From the NCBI RefSeq assembly GCF_006345805.1, contig NC_043008.1, positions 41,540,001 to 41,604,000 on the forward strand: a DNA stretch of 64,000 nucleotides, written 5' to 3'. How positions within the stretch are numbered: position 1 is the stretch's first letter; each line of letters begins with the position of its first letter. Origin of the DNA: Octopus sinensis. Lineage: Eukaryota. The translations under genes and the position numbers were made by a program. The notes beneath the pieces were generated by a model. The model was not told where the DNA came from. It saw nothing but the letters and a program-made list of their open reading frames with translations, and made no database searches. This document shows, piece by piece, positions 1 through 12,485 of this stretch.

Positions 1-560
1 AGTGTGTTACCTGCTCTGGTTGGTTGGAGTATTACTTGCTCCATGTACAGGGTGTTGGTGAGGTTCAGGAGGGACCTCGCCTGTCCTCGTTCACATCTTG
101 TCATTCCTGGGAGAGAAAGGCCCTCGGGCCATCTGACATTGGGTAGATTGAAGTCTCCCATGAGAAGTGCACTTATGTGTTGTTCTAATGTGGTTAGAAC
201 TTCTATTTTTAAAAGGCAGTCCTCAAACTTGCCCATATGACTTGGGGCATCTGGAGGGCGATATGTGGCACACACAACTACATCAAGTACAATTATGTGT
301 ACAATTAGTGTGTCACACACCGAGTTTGAGTATGACAAAAGGACCTGGGGTGTGAGGTCCCCACGGATGTACATAGCAACTCCTCCATGACTTCTTTCTT
401 TCCTGTCGGTCCGTAGTACAACATACTGTGGTATGTGTAATTCCGCATCTGCTATGTCCGGTTTCAGGTGCGTTTCTGTGAGTGCTATGCATTAAGGCTT
501 GATTGCATATATATATTCTGAAAATGATTAAGCTAAAGATCTTGTTTGTTCTATATAATG
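1..560 (-). mobile_element. LINE (CR1/L2-like) ORF2 apurinic-endonuclease domain fragment
   Basis: Minus frame reads CIALTETHLKPDIADAELHIPQYVVLRTDRKERSHGGVAMYIR...ATYRPPD...LLMGDFNLPNVRW...MEQVILQPTRAGNT, containing APE motifs (ETHL, GGVA, YRPP, GDFN). Stop codon near 493; the frame runs off the window edge. Confidence 0.9.
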
Positions 561-582
561 TTTGATCCAAACATTACATTTA

Positions 583-584
<2 letters not shown>

Positions 585-632
<48 letters not shown>
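585..632 (-). repeat. (ATT)n 3' tail of the adjacent LINE
   Basis: Perfect (TAA)n run directly abutting the 3' end of the LINE at 633-1211. Confidence 0.8.
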
Positions 633-633
<1 letters not shown>

Positions 634-1211
634 TGTGTACAGTTCTCAGGTGCACTACAACTCATCTAAAGTGTATATATAATCAGGTGTAGTTTCGGCG
701 GATTTCGGAAAGCATGAGGGCCTTAAAAGATGCAGTGTCATGGCAGTCAACAACTGACGCAGGCAGTTTATTCCATGCTTCAGCAACTCTGAGCGTGAAA
801 AAATGTTTCCGAAAGTCATGGGAGCTGTATTGTTTTCTGACTTTGTAGGCATGTCCACGTGTGTTAGACACATGGAGATCAAAAAGGTGTTCAGTGTTGT
901 TGTTGGTGAGGTGGTTGATAACTTTGTGGGTGTTTACCAAGCTTCAGTGAATCCATGCCCAGGGAAACAAGGCGCTCAGAATATGGTAGGTGTCTGATGG
1001 AGGGTATGCGTTTGGTTGCACGTCTCTGGACAGATTCCAGGAGGTCAATGTTCTGTGCAAGATAGGGGTTCCAAACTGATGATGCGAATTCCAAGTGTGG
1101 TCGTACCATAGCTGTATACAGTTTTAAATAGATGGCTGGAGAGCGGCTAACAAAAGACCTGCTGAGTGATGCCAAGACACCCTCGGCCTTCCTGACAATC
1201 TTAGAGAACAT
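633..1211 (-). mobile_element. 5'-truncated CR1-like LINE, C-terminus of ORF2 plus 3' UTR
   Basis: ORFs 891-1211 (LYTAMVRPHLEFASSVWNP...LESVQRRATK) and 683-940 (TRGHAYK...FFTLRVAEAWNKLP) are typical CR1 post-RT motifs, separated by a frameshift near 945. Confidence 0.9.
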
Positions 1212-2016
1212 AAATTAAAATTGTTGATGATCAGTTGAAATGATTTTTTTTTTTTTCGAGTTTGAAGAGAAATCCTGATTGAAGCTGATGAGCTATGATC
1301 TTTGTTTCACGTTTCTATTATACTGAGGTATAGATTTTAACTATATTAGTGATTTTCGAGCATACGTTAACGCTGGAAATGAAATTTTTACAGATTATAG
1401 TTGTCTACATACGCACATATATATACACACACACACACACACGCACACACACACACACACGCACACACAAAGGCACAAACACTAACCTACGCACACACAT
1501 ATTTATGCACCTATGTAATTTTATCCCACTCACCCTCACTCCGACTCTCTCCTCTTTCAGTATGTTTTACAAATACGTCAAATAAAAATATCAAAAGTAG
1601 GAATCTCTCTGATGCTGATATTAATTTAATTAACAAAAAGACGATGCTTAACGCCATGCTGTTAAGATTAATAGATATAATTAACTTTCAAGAAAGCAAG
1701 TCACGTCTAAAACTAGCAGATAATGCGATATTTCATTACAAAACCTACAATGAAGTCTCACATATTTCTCTGTCAAACGCAATTTCAATATCATTGTCTA
1801 TCTTTACATTTCATTCTTTTCTCCGCCCTTCGTAATATTAATGTAGCGATTCCTTTGGTTTTGTGTATAGGCACTCATATATGACAAGCGGCAGCTTATT
1901 TCATTTTACGCGACCTTGTGTTCCAAAAGCTGCAAACACTGGCACATAGACAGACACACATAGATGTACATACATACGTATATCTATATATATATTTGTA
2001 CATATATATATATATT

Positions 2017-2071
<55 letters not shown>

Positions 2072-2098
2072 TATATATATGTGTGTGTGTGAGTGTGT

Positions 2099-2150
<52 letters not shown>

Positions 2151-2175
2151 ACGGTTTGTGGGTTCGATTTAACCT

Positions 2176-2564
2176 GAGGTTAGCTCATCATTTTTCGGTC
2201 ATTTGTTTATATTTAAAAATTGTCGCTTTAAAATTGGAGACTAAATATCATTATGGTATATATTATATGCAGTTATTATTGTACAGTTATTATACTATGA
2301 GCTTTCCATAGTAGTTTCTCTCCGTAACTCGCAAAGCCTTTCGGGTTTGTTTATAGAAATATTATTTACGTATGTAGTATTCAGACAGTTTAAGAATATA
2401 TTAACTAAATTTTACTGAAATTAATGGGTGAGCGTTTGGCTAATCAGATTCGTATGAGGTTTGCTCATCATTTTTCTGTCATTTGTTTATATTTAAAAAT
2501 TGGCGCTTTAAAATCAAAGATGAAAAAATCATTATGATATATAGTATATACAGTTATTGTACAG

Positions 2565-2570
<6 letters not shown>
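2176..2570. repeat. Two diverged ~110 bp direct repeats, ~280 bp period
   Basis: TGAGGTTWGCTCATCATTTTTC..TCATTTGTTTATATTTAAAAATTG.CGCTTTAAAAT occurs at ~2176 and ~2456. Confidence 0.75.
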
Positions 2571-2604
<34 letters not shown>

Positions 2605-2756
2605 ATATATGCAATCCATAAATAAGGGCAAACGAAAAATTTCTAATGCCAAATATACCGAAAAATTGGACATATTGTCCATTAACCATATAATTTTTTC
2701 ACAATACGCACGCTACTCGAAAAAAGGTCGACAGAAATTTCTAAAAATTCCATTAT

Positions 2757-2814
2757 TACCATAACGGACCGATTTCAGGGTTAGCTTATAACAGCCCTCC
2801 CTTCGTCAGTGATA
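2757..2814 (-). ncRNA. Type I hammerhead ribozyme motif (left arm copy, one stem III mismatch)
   Basis: Minus strand reads TATCA CTGACGA AGGG..CCCT GAAA TCGGTCCGT T A TGGTA. Confidence 0.65.
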
Positions 2815-3082
2815 CATATTTTAATATGCTGGCCATTGATAGAATTTTTTTGGAAAAGAATTTTATTCGAAAGAAATTTTATCCTACATTAGATATAAAT
2901 TTAAGCGTTCACTTCCGGACTCTTTCACTCTGTGAGAGCATCAGTTCAAATCGCACGTGTCTCGAATGGGCTGGAGTATTTCTATTTTGGATGTATTTGG
3001 GGTACTTAATTGTGCTCATGACTTAGTGTTTGCTTCTTCCATGGGTATGAGTAAGTATCTCATTTATTTCTGTTGCCACATG

Positions 3083-3140
3083 TATCACTGACGAAGGGAG
3101 AGCTGTTATAAGCTAACCCTGAAATCGGTCCGATATGGTA
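3083..3140 (+). ncRNA. Type I hammerhead ribozyme, apparently intact
   Basis: Stem I TATCA(3083-87)/TGGTA(3136-40); core CTGACGA (3088-94); stem II AGGG/CCCT; GAAA (3121-24); stem III ATCG-GTC-CGAT (near-palindromic); predicted cleavage after A3135. Confidence 0.78.
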
Positions 3141-3295
3141 ATAATGGAAATTTTTAGAAATTTCTGTCGACCTTTTTTCGAGTAGCGTGCGTATGGTGAA
3201 AAAATTATATGGTTAATAGAAAATATGTCCAATTTTTCGGCATATTTGGCATTGGAAATTTTTTCGTTGGACCTTAATTATGAATTGTTTATATA

Positions 3296-3373
<78 letters not shown>

Positions 3374-3374
3374 T

Positions 3375-3744
3375 TATATAACATTTGCAAGGGATGTCAT
3401 CACTCACATCTCTAGCCTTACGTGATATTCTCAGGCGTTGAATTCTGGATTTTATCCGTCCTCATTGTAGGACAATCACCAGCTAGTCACGAAAGATATA
3501 TACTATGTATTCTTTTAGCGAGACAGTGTGAGACAACCACAGAGAACGGATAACATCCAGAAATCTAGGTCTGTGAGGAGTATCACGTAAGGCTAGAGAT
3601 GGGAGCGATGACCTCCCTTGCGAATGCTGTACGGACACAAACTGTGTGTCGATAATCAGCTGGAAAAGATTTTTTACTGGGGCTAAAACAATAATAATAT
3701 CGTCCTTTACAGGACTGCCACTTTATGTTGGCATATAAACATTG

Positions 3745-3745
<1 letters not shown>
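3375..3745. mobile_element. Second inverted HHR-bearing unit (inverted copy 3375-3485, forward copy ~3510-3745), degenerate
   Basis: The reverse complement of 3375-3485 matches ~3525-3630. The forward copy has CGGAT-aac-ATCC-A-GAAA-TCTAGG-TC. Same family as 51386-51540; flanked by microsatellites. Confidence 0.65.
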
Positions 3746-3782
<37 letters not shown>

Positions 3783-3854
3783 TGTGTGTGTGTGTGTGTA
3801 TGTGTGTGTGTAGATGTATGTATGAAGGAATATATATGTGCATGTATACATATA

Positions 3855-4030
3855 TATTTATTCTTTTATTCTTTTACTTGATCTTTAGTCGAACAAATCG
3901 ACACCGGGATTTATTTTTGTCAATCAATACTTATTCTATCGAGTACTCGTGCCAAACCGCTAAGTTACGAAGACGTAAACACACAAATATCGGTTGTCAA
4001 GCGATGGTGGGGGATAAACACAGACACACA
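3855..4030 (-). mobile_element. SINE family A, 3' half
   Basis: Matches the 3' part of the full copy at 18371-18788. Confidence 0.75.
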
Positions 4031-4051
4031 GTCACACACACGCATATATAT

Positions 4052-4890
4052 ATGGTGCGATAAATAAATTGTCGTCTAAGTTATGCAAAATTTTGAAATG
4101 ACACTGACATCTTATTTTAACAGACATATCTACAAATATTACAGAAAAAATATACTAAAGAGTAAATGTTTTCAATAAAATCATTTGCTTCAACCAAGGC
4201 CTCCAAAGGAATTTGGAATCTCCTGCAACTCTTCTGGATGGTCTCCTTGTTTAAGTTTGTGAATGCTTACTTTCGTTTCTGGTGTTACAAGGAGTTCTGT
4301 TGGTCTCACGCTCAACTCCGCTCCACATATAATGATCAAGTCGGTCACAGTCTGGGGAGTTAGGTTGCCAGATAATAGGGGAAATTGTCTAACAGCCATG
4401 ACTGGGTTCTTCTGTTTGTGTGGCATGGTGCAGAGTCCTGTTGCCAGACACAGGGTCTTCCAGCAACCACCTTCTAGACAGAGGACGACACTATCTCCTC
4501 CAGGCACTTAATGTAGGCCTCTGTGTTGAGTGTGAGGCCGTGTGGGAAAATGAATGGAGGCATAACACCACCATCACTAGTGATCATTCTAAACACCATG
4601 ATCTTGACTGGATGTTTGATGTTTATCACTCGCGGTACATGTCCTCAGATTGAACTGTCCTCAGATTGACACCCGAACCCTCTGAAATATTCGTAGTGGA
4701 GCTTTCTGTGTGAATGTCAATCTGTACAGTATGCCGTTTCCAAATGTATGGCAAAGGGAACTGCATCATGCTGCAGTTTTTCTAACAGACGGTGCCCTAC
4801 TGACCCTACTATATTGTGTAATCAACAAAATCAAAAACAAAGCAAATTAAAAATATAAAATGGCAACAGTATACCCATCGTACACTATAT
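4052..4890 (-). mobile_element. Internally deleted Tc1/mariner transposon relic, DD37D (maT)-like
   Basis: Minus frames give VMPPFIFPHGLTLNTEAYIKC...WQQDSAPCHTNRRTQSWL...IWQPNSPDCDRLDHYMWSGVERETN, plus an N-terminal helix-turn-helix start at ~4660-4780. Both ends abut TA repeats. Confidence 0.8.
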
Positions 4891-4900
4891 ATATATGTGT

Positions 4901-5219
4901 GAGGGCGCGTGGCTTAGTGGTTAGGGCATTCGGCTCATGATCGTAAGGTTGTGAGTTCGATTCCCGGCGACGCGTTGTGTCCTTGAGCAAGACACTTTAT
5001 TTCACGTTGCTCCAGTCCACTCAGCTGGCAAAAATGAGTTGTACTTGTATTTCAAAGGGTCAGCCTTGTCACTCTCTGTGTCACGCTGATTATCCCCGAG
5101 AACTACGTTAAGGGTACACGTGTCTGTGGAATGCTCAGCCATTTGCACGTTAATTTCACGAGCAAGCTGTTCCGTTGATCGTATCAGCTGGGACCCTCGT
5201 CGTCGTAACCGGCGGAGTC
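4901..5219 (+). mobile_element. tRNA-derived SINE family B (young)
   Basis: A box TGGCTTAGTGG (4910-20), B box GTTCGATTC (4955-63), CORE-like TGTGTCCTTGAGCAAGACACTT. Nearly identical to the copies at 54554 and 55712. Confidence 0.9.
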
Positions 5220-5235
5220 AAGAGAGAGAGATATA

Positions 5236-5280
<45 letters not shown>

Positions 5281-5359
5281 TCTCAATAAGTGACCTCGTG
5301 ATTACCGCTGGAGTTTTTTTTCCTCTGTCTTCCCTTCTCAGGACCTTTCCTTCTCCTAT

Positions 5360-5394
5360 GTTTCCGACGAAGAGCTCCGCTCGAAACGTTACAC
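5360..5394 (+). ncRNA. Minimal Penelope-type hammerhead motif with a core mutation
   Basis: GTTT CCGACGA A GAGC-TCC-GCTC GAAACGTT ACAC: 4-bp stem II and palindromic AACGTT stem III, but CUGA is changed to CCGA. Lies in a ~285 bp repeat (5220-5505) ending in (TA)n. Confidence 0.55.
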
Positions 5395-5534
5395 CCTCCT
5401 TCTTCCCTTCTTTCCTGAGCGTCCAATAATACTTTATTTGTTCCACGTCCTCGCGTTGTTGTTTTTTTTGTTGTTTTTTTTGTGTTTTCTTGTTTGGATT
5501 AACTATATATATATATATATATATATACACTCAC

Positions 5535-5670
5535 GCGCCAGGTTTCTTTTTAGTTTCCATCTACCAAATCAACTCACAAGCCTTTGATCGGTCCGCGGCT
5601 ATGCTAGAAGACATTTGCCCAAGGTGCCATGCAGTGGGGATGAACCTAGGACCATATGCTTAGGAAGACA
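5535..5670 (-). mobile_element. SINE family A fragment
   Basis: Similarity to the 5' body of family A. Confidence 0.7.
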
Positions 5671-6390
5671 CACATGCATCTATATACATATATACGTATT
5701 TATATATACAAAGTGAGAGAGAGATGGGGAGAGATAAATAGATAGATAAATAAAAAGATGGTGTCCGCCGATTATATAAATAAATAAACTATGAAAATTG
5801 AATATAGACAGCTTGGATATCAATTAAAAAGACCAACGCGGTTGGGATGCTGGTGTTAATTGGTCTTCATAAGTGGAGTGGCTTCAGGTTAAAGAGTCTG
5901 AGCTATATCTTAAAGATGATTTAATTGGGGGTGTGGATAGTAGTTATGATGATAGCAATCATGACGATGATGATGATGATGATTATGATGACGACGGCGA
6001 CAACGATAAAGGTCATGGAGTAAGTTTAACATGGGAAAACACTAAAATATTGCTCCGAAAATTACATGGAGAAAAGACAAGAAATGTAAGCACAAAAAAA
6101 ATTATTATAACAAAATTTATTCTTAATTGCGGCACATATATGATGTATTAATACAAATTTTAACAATATCCTACATTCTAAGCAGAGATACAAGTATCAA
6201 CACTGCCTAGTTAGGTAAAAAAAAAAACTATATGCCACAGGCTAAGTGGTCGAAAAGAAGAAGTGGCTACATCTTCAGACCCACCCAGTATGGAGTATCA
6301 AAACCCAAGTTAAGAGCACGGAATATAAATACGCTGGAAACCATTAAGTATCAGTCGAAGGATCTGTCAAGTATTCTTGAAATCATTAGC

Positions 6391-6533
6391 ATGGGCACAG
6401 GCGTGTCTGTGCGGAAAGAAAGTTTGCTTCCCAACCATATGTCTTCGAGTTCAGTTCCAATGCATGGCACCTTGGGCAGGTGTCTTCTACTATAGGTTAA
6501 CGAAATCCTTGTGAGTGGATTTGGTAGAAGGAA

Positions 6534-6573
<40 letters not shown>

Positions 6574-6775
6574 TGTATGCGTGCGTGTGTGTGAGTGTGT
6601 GTGTGTCATTGTGTTTGTAGCGGTTCGACAAAAGAGACCGAGAGAAAAAGTACTACGCTTACTAAAGAAAAGTGCTGGTGGTCGATTTGTTCGACTAAAA
6701 CCCTTCAAGGTGGTGCCCCAGTGTAGCCGCAGTCGAATGACTGAAACAAGTAAAACATAAAAGATAAAATATAAG
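6391..6775 (+). mobile_element. SINE family A, diverged
   Basis: Head, GGCACCTTGGGCAG core, internal (TG)n and 3' GACTGAAACAAGTAAAA. Confidence 0.8.
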
Positions 6776-6963
6776 AAGCCTATTTGGGAACAAAAAAGAG
6801 ACAAACTGCTTCAGAAATATAAAATAACAAAACAAGATGTACCCAAAATAAAAGAACAGTTAAAACAATAGATTCTCGCAAAAACACAGGGAATCTGACG
6901 TTGTAAATTAGCCCCAATAATTCCTTGATAAAACAAAATAAAACTGCCTTCAATCTAAAAAGA

Positions 6964-7052
6964 TTAAATTAAAAACTTGGTTAAATGAAAATAGAAACAA
7001 TTGCAGCAACCACCAGGAGCATAAGTAGAAGACGTATAGGTAGGAATATGGC
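6964..7052 (-). CDS. Candidate exon D of an unidentified minus-strand gene
   Basis: Acceptor ttactttgcag; phase-compatible with exon C, giving ...RN-GHIPTYTSSTYAP. The 3' end is uncertain (weak donor or stop at 6964). Confidence 0.2.
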
Positions 7053-7489
7053 CTGCAAAGTAATCAATCTAATCTGGAAAGGATTGAACAAAACAACAGA
7101 TGCATCTGAACAATCTTGGACGTTCACTACAACAGAAAACGTAACTGAGATAATACAAAACTCAAACTGTGAAATATAAAATAAATTAGTTGTGAAGCAA
7201 ACGTAACCATTCAGCATTTTTCCTGCCTGATTCTTGTATTACTACGTTGCTAAATGTGTTGAGTTGTATGTATGTTGCTGATCAGAGTATAATAAGACTA
7301 ATCGTGACCGAAATGGTATCTCGTATTTGTCGCAGTAATTAAAACAAGATTAATTATTAAATAATATTAAGTTTTCGTTAGCGTATAATTATCTCTGGTA
7401 ATGTTAAAACGCTTCAAACTTGAAACAAGTTAGCACTAACATGGCTGACAGAATCTTAATCATTATAATCGGTATCGCTTGTATCAGCC

Positions 7490-7599
7490 TCGTCATCGTT
7501 GTCGTCGTCGTTAGCATAAATATCAGTCTCATAAAGCTCCACCAACATTACTAGCACCATCATCACCATCATCATCAGCAGCAGCAGCATTAACAAAAA

Positions 7600-7642
<43 letters not shown>

Positions 7643-7838
7643 GCCATCATCACCTGCTTCAGCATCATCTCTATCGTTATTATCAACACTATATTAATCA
7701 TTATCAACGTAATGGTCATCATCATCATCATCATCATAATCATCATCATCATCATCATTATCCTCGTCGTCATCATATCATCATCATCATCATCATCATC
7801 ATTATCATCATCATCATCATCATCATTACCTTCTTCAA

Positions 7839-7879
<41 letters not shown>

Positions 7880-8183
7880 CCTGCTTCAACATCATCTCTA
7901 CCGTTATTATCAACACTATATTAATCATCATCAACGTAATGGTCATCATCATCATTATAATCATCATCATCATCATCATTATCCTCGTCATCATCATTAT
8001 CCTCGTCATCTTCATCATCATCATCATCATTATCATCATCATCATCATCATAATCTTCATTACCTTCTTTAACATCATCATCACCATCATCATCGTCATC
8101 ACCTGCTTCAACATCATCTCTACCGTTATTATCAACACTATATTAATCATCATCAACGCAATGGTCATAATCCTCATCATCAT

Positions 8184-8220
<37 letters not shown>

Positions 8221-8580
8221 GTCGTCGTCGTCGTCGTCGTCAACGTCAACGTCATCGGCATTACCATATTCAACATTGTGTTTACGACGATGATCAAGAT
8301 AATTGCCATCGTCATAATCATCATCATCGTCCTCCATCGTCATCATCATCATCATGGTCATCATCCTCATCAATAATGACAACAACAGCAACAACAACTG
8401 CAGAAAACGTAAACATCATTAAAAGCATCTGCATTATCAGCACTAACATCTCCCCTACCATCAAGATGTTTGCTATCAACAACATCCTCCTCCTCCTCCT
8501 CCTCCTAATCACCATCATCATCACTACTACCATCATTGTCGTCACTATCATCACCGTCATCATCGACAGCAGTAACAATG
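7490..8580. repeat. (CAT)n-based cryptic satellite with a ~225 bp higher-order unit (3 copies)
   Basis: CACCTGCTTCARCATCATCTCTAYCGTTATTATCAACACTATATTAATC recurs at ~7651, 7878 and 8100. Confidence 0.85.
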
Positions 8581-8979
8581 GCAGTTGCAGCAGCAGCGTT
8601 TAGACCCCTACCATAATTGTCTGCATATTATAACAACTGCTCTTCCTTTGCTCAAATTCTTTGCGGTCTTTTGATGTGTAAACCGCAATTATTGGTCGCC
8701 GTTGACAATGGCACTGGAATATGATGTTCTGCACGATAATTGTACTATGTCACTGACTAAATGACTTTGAAACTACTTTGATCCATTTTAAGAAATGCTT
8801 CCAGCCTACCAACACATTTGCAGAAAAGACGGCGACAAAAACCAGAAAAAGACCACAAAATAGATACGAGTATTTTTCTATATATTTTTTTCTTGCTTCG
8901 AGTTGGTGCATGACAAAATAGCTTGAAAGAATATGGTTGGCATCGGTAGAGTTGTACGTGAAGACATCATGCCTCTATT

Positions 8980-9129
8980 CACACACACATGTATACACAG
9001 ACCCATGTTCTCACAGACTTACGCTTACCTATGTGTGCGTGTGCATAGAGGGTATGTGCGTGTGTATATGCATTTATACATACACATATACATTTATATA
9101 CGTATATATATACGTATATATATATATAC

Positions 9130-9206
<77 letters not shown>

Positions 9207-9222
9207 TATTTGTATATATATT

Positions 9223-9253
<31 letters not shown>

Positions 9254-9288
9254 TACAGATAGATAGATAAATACATAGATAGATAGAA

Positions 9289-9325
<37 letters not shown>

Positions 9326-9490
9326 TATAATATATATATATATATATATGTGTGTGTGTATATATATATATGTACATGTATATATATACATATATATATA
9401 TATACACACACAAACACAAACACACACATATATATACACACACGCGCACACACACACGCGCACCACACACACGCACACACACGCGCACGT

Positions 9491-9521
<31 letters not shown>

Positions 9522-9612
9522 CACATACATGTATGCATGTATATCTGTAAACATTTGCATATAGTGTGTGTATAAGTGTACGTGTGTGCGCACGCGTGTG
9601 TGTGTGTGTGTG
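8980..9612. repeat. Compound (TA)n/(GA)n/(GATA)n/(CA)n microsatellite block
   Basis: Seen directly. Similar blocks lie at 1400-1500, 1970-2150, 14090-14250, 14760-15630, 24540-25400, 33050-33470, 33985-34340, 36940-37180, 38080-38520, 42890-43480, 47570-47670 and 48570-48950. Confidence 0.95.
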
Positions 9613-10073
9613 TCTGTGTAATAGAGATAGACTAAGAGTTAAAAGGGTAAATTTCAACGGTATTTATGCAAATAGATTATACAGGTCTATACAAACTTTG
9701 CGTGTTTACGATCGTACGAAAAACAAAATACCTAATCCAAGAAGGAGTGCTACGTCAGGTATATTGTTTTTAACCTGAATACACACACATGCACCCCACC
9801 CCCACCCGTACATACATACGCATACACGGAACACGTATATATGTGTATGCGCATGTATTAGGTGTTGCATAATATGGTAAGCCATAGTCAGAAAAATGTA
9901 AAACGCTCAGAGAAAAATTACATGGCGGAATAGATGCTTGTGTCAACGTAGGTGATAAGCTCTCTGGACTCCTGCTGCGAAATGTGCCCTTCGTTGCCAT
10001 AGCTTTACAAAATTCAGAAGAATGTATATCCCTGGTAGGACTGAAAAGTCATATCCGTTATGTTCATGTTTAA

Positions 10074-10280
10074 CCCTTTCATTACCAACCTGGCTGAAAC
10101 TGGCTCTGGCTCTGAGTTTTCATAAGTTTTGAATTAAAATCTGCCACCAAACCTTAGTCACAATTTACGTTCCTAACACTAGCTGAATGATAACTAAGTT
10201 ATTTTACTAAATTCTTTCTTATATTTAAAGTAATTGGAAGAAACACAGAGCATCTCAAAATAAATACAGTAACAAAAGGG
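10074..10280. mobile_element. piggyBac-like MITE (207 bp)
   Basis: TTAA (10070-73) | CCCTTTCATTAC ... GTAACAAAAGGG | TTAA (10281-84): 10/12 TIR match and a TTAA target-site duplication (TSD). Confidence 0.75.
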
Positions 10281-10946
10281 TTAAGAGAATCGCTTTGCTG
10301 CTATAAGTAATTATGAAACGTTTCGTGTTATCACATAAATCTATTGATTGAAAGAAAAAAAGAAATGGTTAACCACAAACAAATAATATAAGGGAACTGG
10401 ATACATATTTCCTTCTTTGCTTAATTTATGTAAAAAAAAAGATATTGATTCGTGCAGTGAGAAGTCTTCATGACAATTTTTGTACATAGAAAACTTGTCC
10501 TTTTGATTAACCAGGTTCATGTTGAAGAACTTTCTTAACACAAAGCAAATGATTCTTGTTAGTTTTGCATATCGGTAACGGATGCTGATGAGGGTGTAGG
10601 TATAATTTGTTAACAACTAAGGGGCAAAATTCGCAATTTCCAATTCGTCAGTCATCATATTGCTAACGTCATTATGTACACCGAATCATACACGAGTTCT
10701 AATAGAAAGAGAGAGGGAGTGTGACAGACGGAAAGACTAAGAGACTGACCGACAGGGACAGAGGGTGGGAGAGAGAGAGAGAGTCTGCATGTGAGAGGGG
10801 TTAATGCGTGAACATGTGTGGGTGGGAAGATGTGCGTGCAGTTGTGTATTTCTGTACATATATATTTGAATAATTAGATGAGGGCTTAACGAGTGTACCC
10901 TTAAGTTAAAAAACTTCAGAATTGCAACCAGCCGCATTCATGATCA

Positions 10947-12091
<1,145 letters not shown>

Positions 12092-12266
12092 ACTTTCTCT
12101 TTTTTTTTGGCAGATTTATCACCACAAGCAAGGAACATTATACTGCGTTTGCCCTTTTTTTTAAGATCAAATTAATCCAACGACAAAATAGGTTTTGCTT
12201 TAGTAAAGCTCTAAGTGTTAGGAAAACAACACAATCAATGCTATGTATGTTGCTACCAATATTCTG

Positions 12267-12485
12267 AGGCGACCAGCTGGCAGACTCGTTACAAGGCTGG
12301 GTAAAATATCTTGCAGCCTTCTGTCTGTCTTGTCCTTCTGGGTTCAAATTCTGCCGAGGTCGACTTTGCCTTTCGTCTTCAGGGTCGATAGAATAAGTAC
12401 CGGTTGAGTACTGGGGTCGATGTAATCGATTTATGCCATTGTAGAAATTACTGATCTTGTGCCAAAACATGAGACCAATCTTTGA
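12267..12485 (+). mobile_element. SINE family C, diverged
   Basis: GGGTTCAAATTCTGCCGAGGTCGACTTTGCCTTTC...GTACC...CTGGGGTCGAT matches family C. Confidence 0.75.

Larger units (their letters stand above)
2611..3290. mobile_element. Inverted repeat (~205 bp arms) made of two head-to-head HHR+tail units; Penelope-like terminal-repeat derivative
   Basis: Arms ~2611-2817 and ~3080-3290 are reverse complements at roughly 90% by eye. Both outer ends run into (TA)n, and each inner end carries a hammerhead motif. Confidence 0.75.

Noticed and set aside
2611-3290. Classical MITE interpretation of the long inverted repeat
   Set aside because: No short conserved TIR or TSD signature, and both arms carry hammerhead motifs, which favours a Penelope-like origin.
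4901-4975. tRNA gene (also other A/B-box heads)
   Set aside because: These are SINE heads followed by SINE bodies, with no complete cloverleaf or acceptor stem.
8700-8990. Minus frame with a transmembrane-like stretch (YLFCGLFLVFVAVF)
   Set aside because: T-rich strands give hydrophobic peptides by chance, and splice support is weak.
7456-9657. Many overlapping poly-M/I/D/H and YI/CV ORFs (also 14842-15373, 42830-43273, 48358-49096, 52566-53087)
   Set aside because: Simple-repeat artefacts.
9887-10050. Minus-strand exon candidate (PTRDIHSSEFCKAMATKG...)
   Set aside because: Good acceptor, but the frame is ambiguous and the phase does not link to the exon chain.
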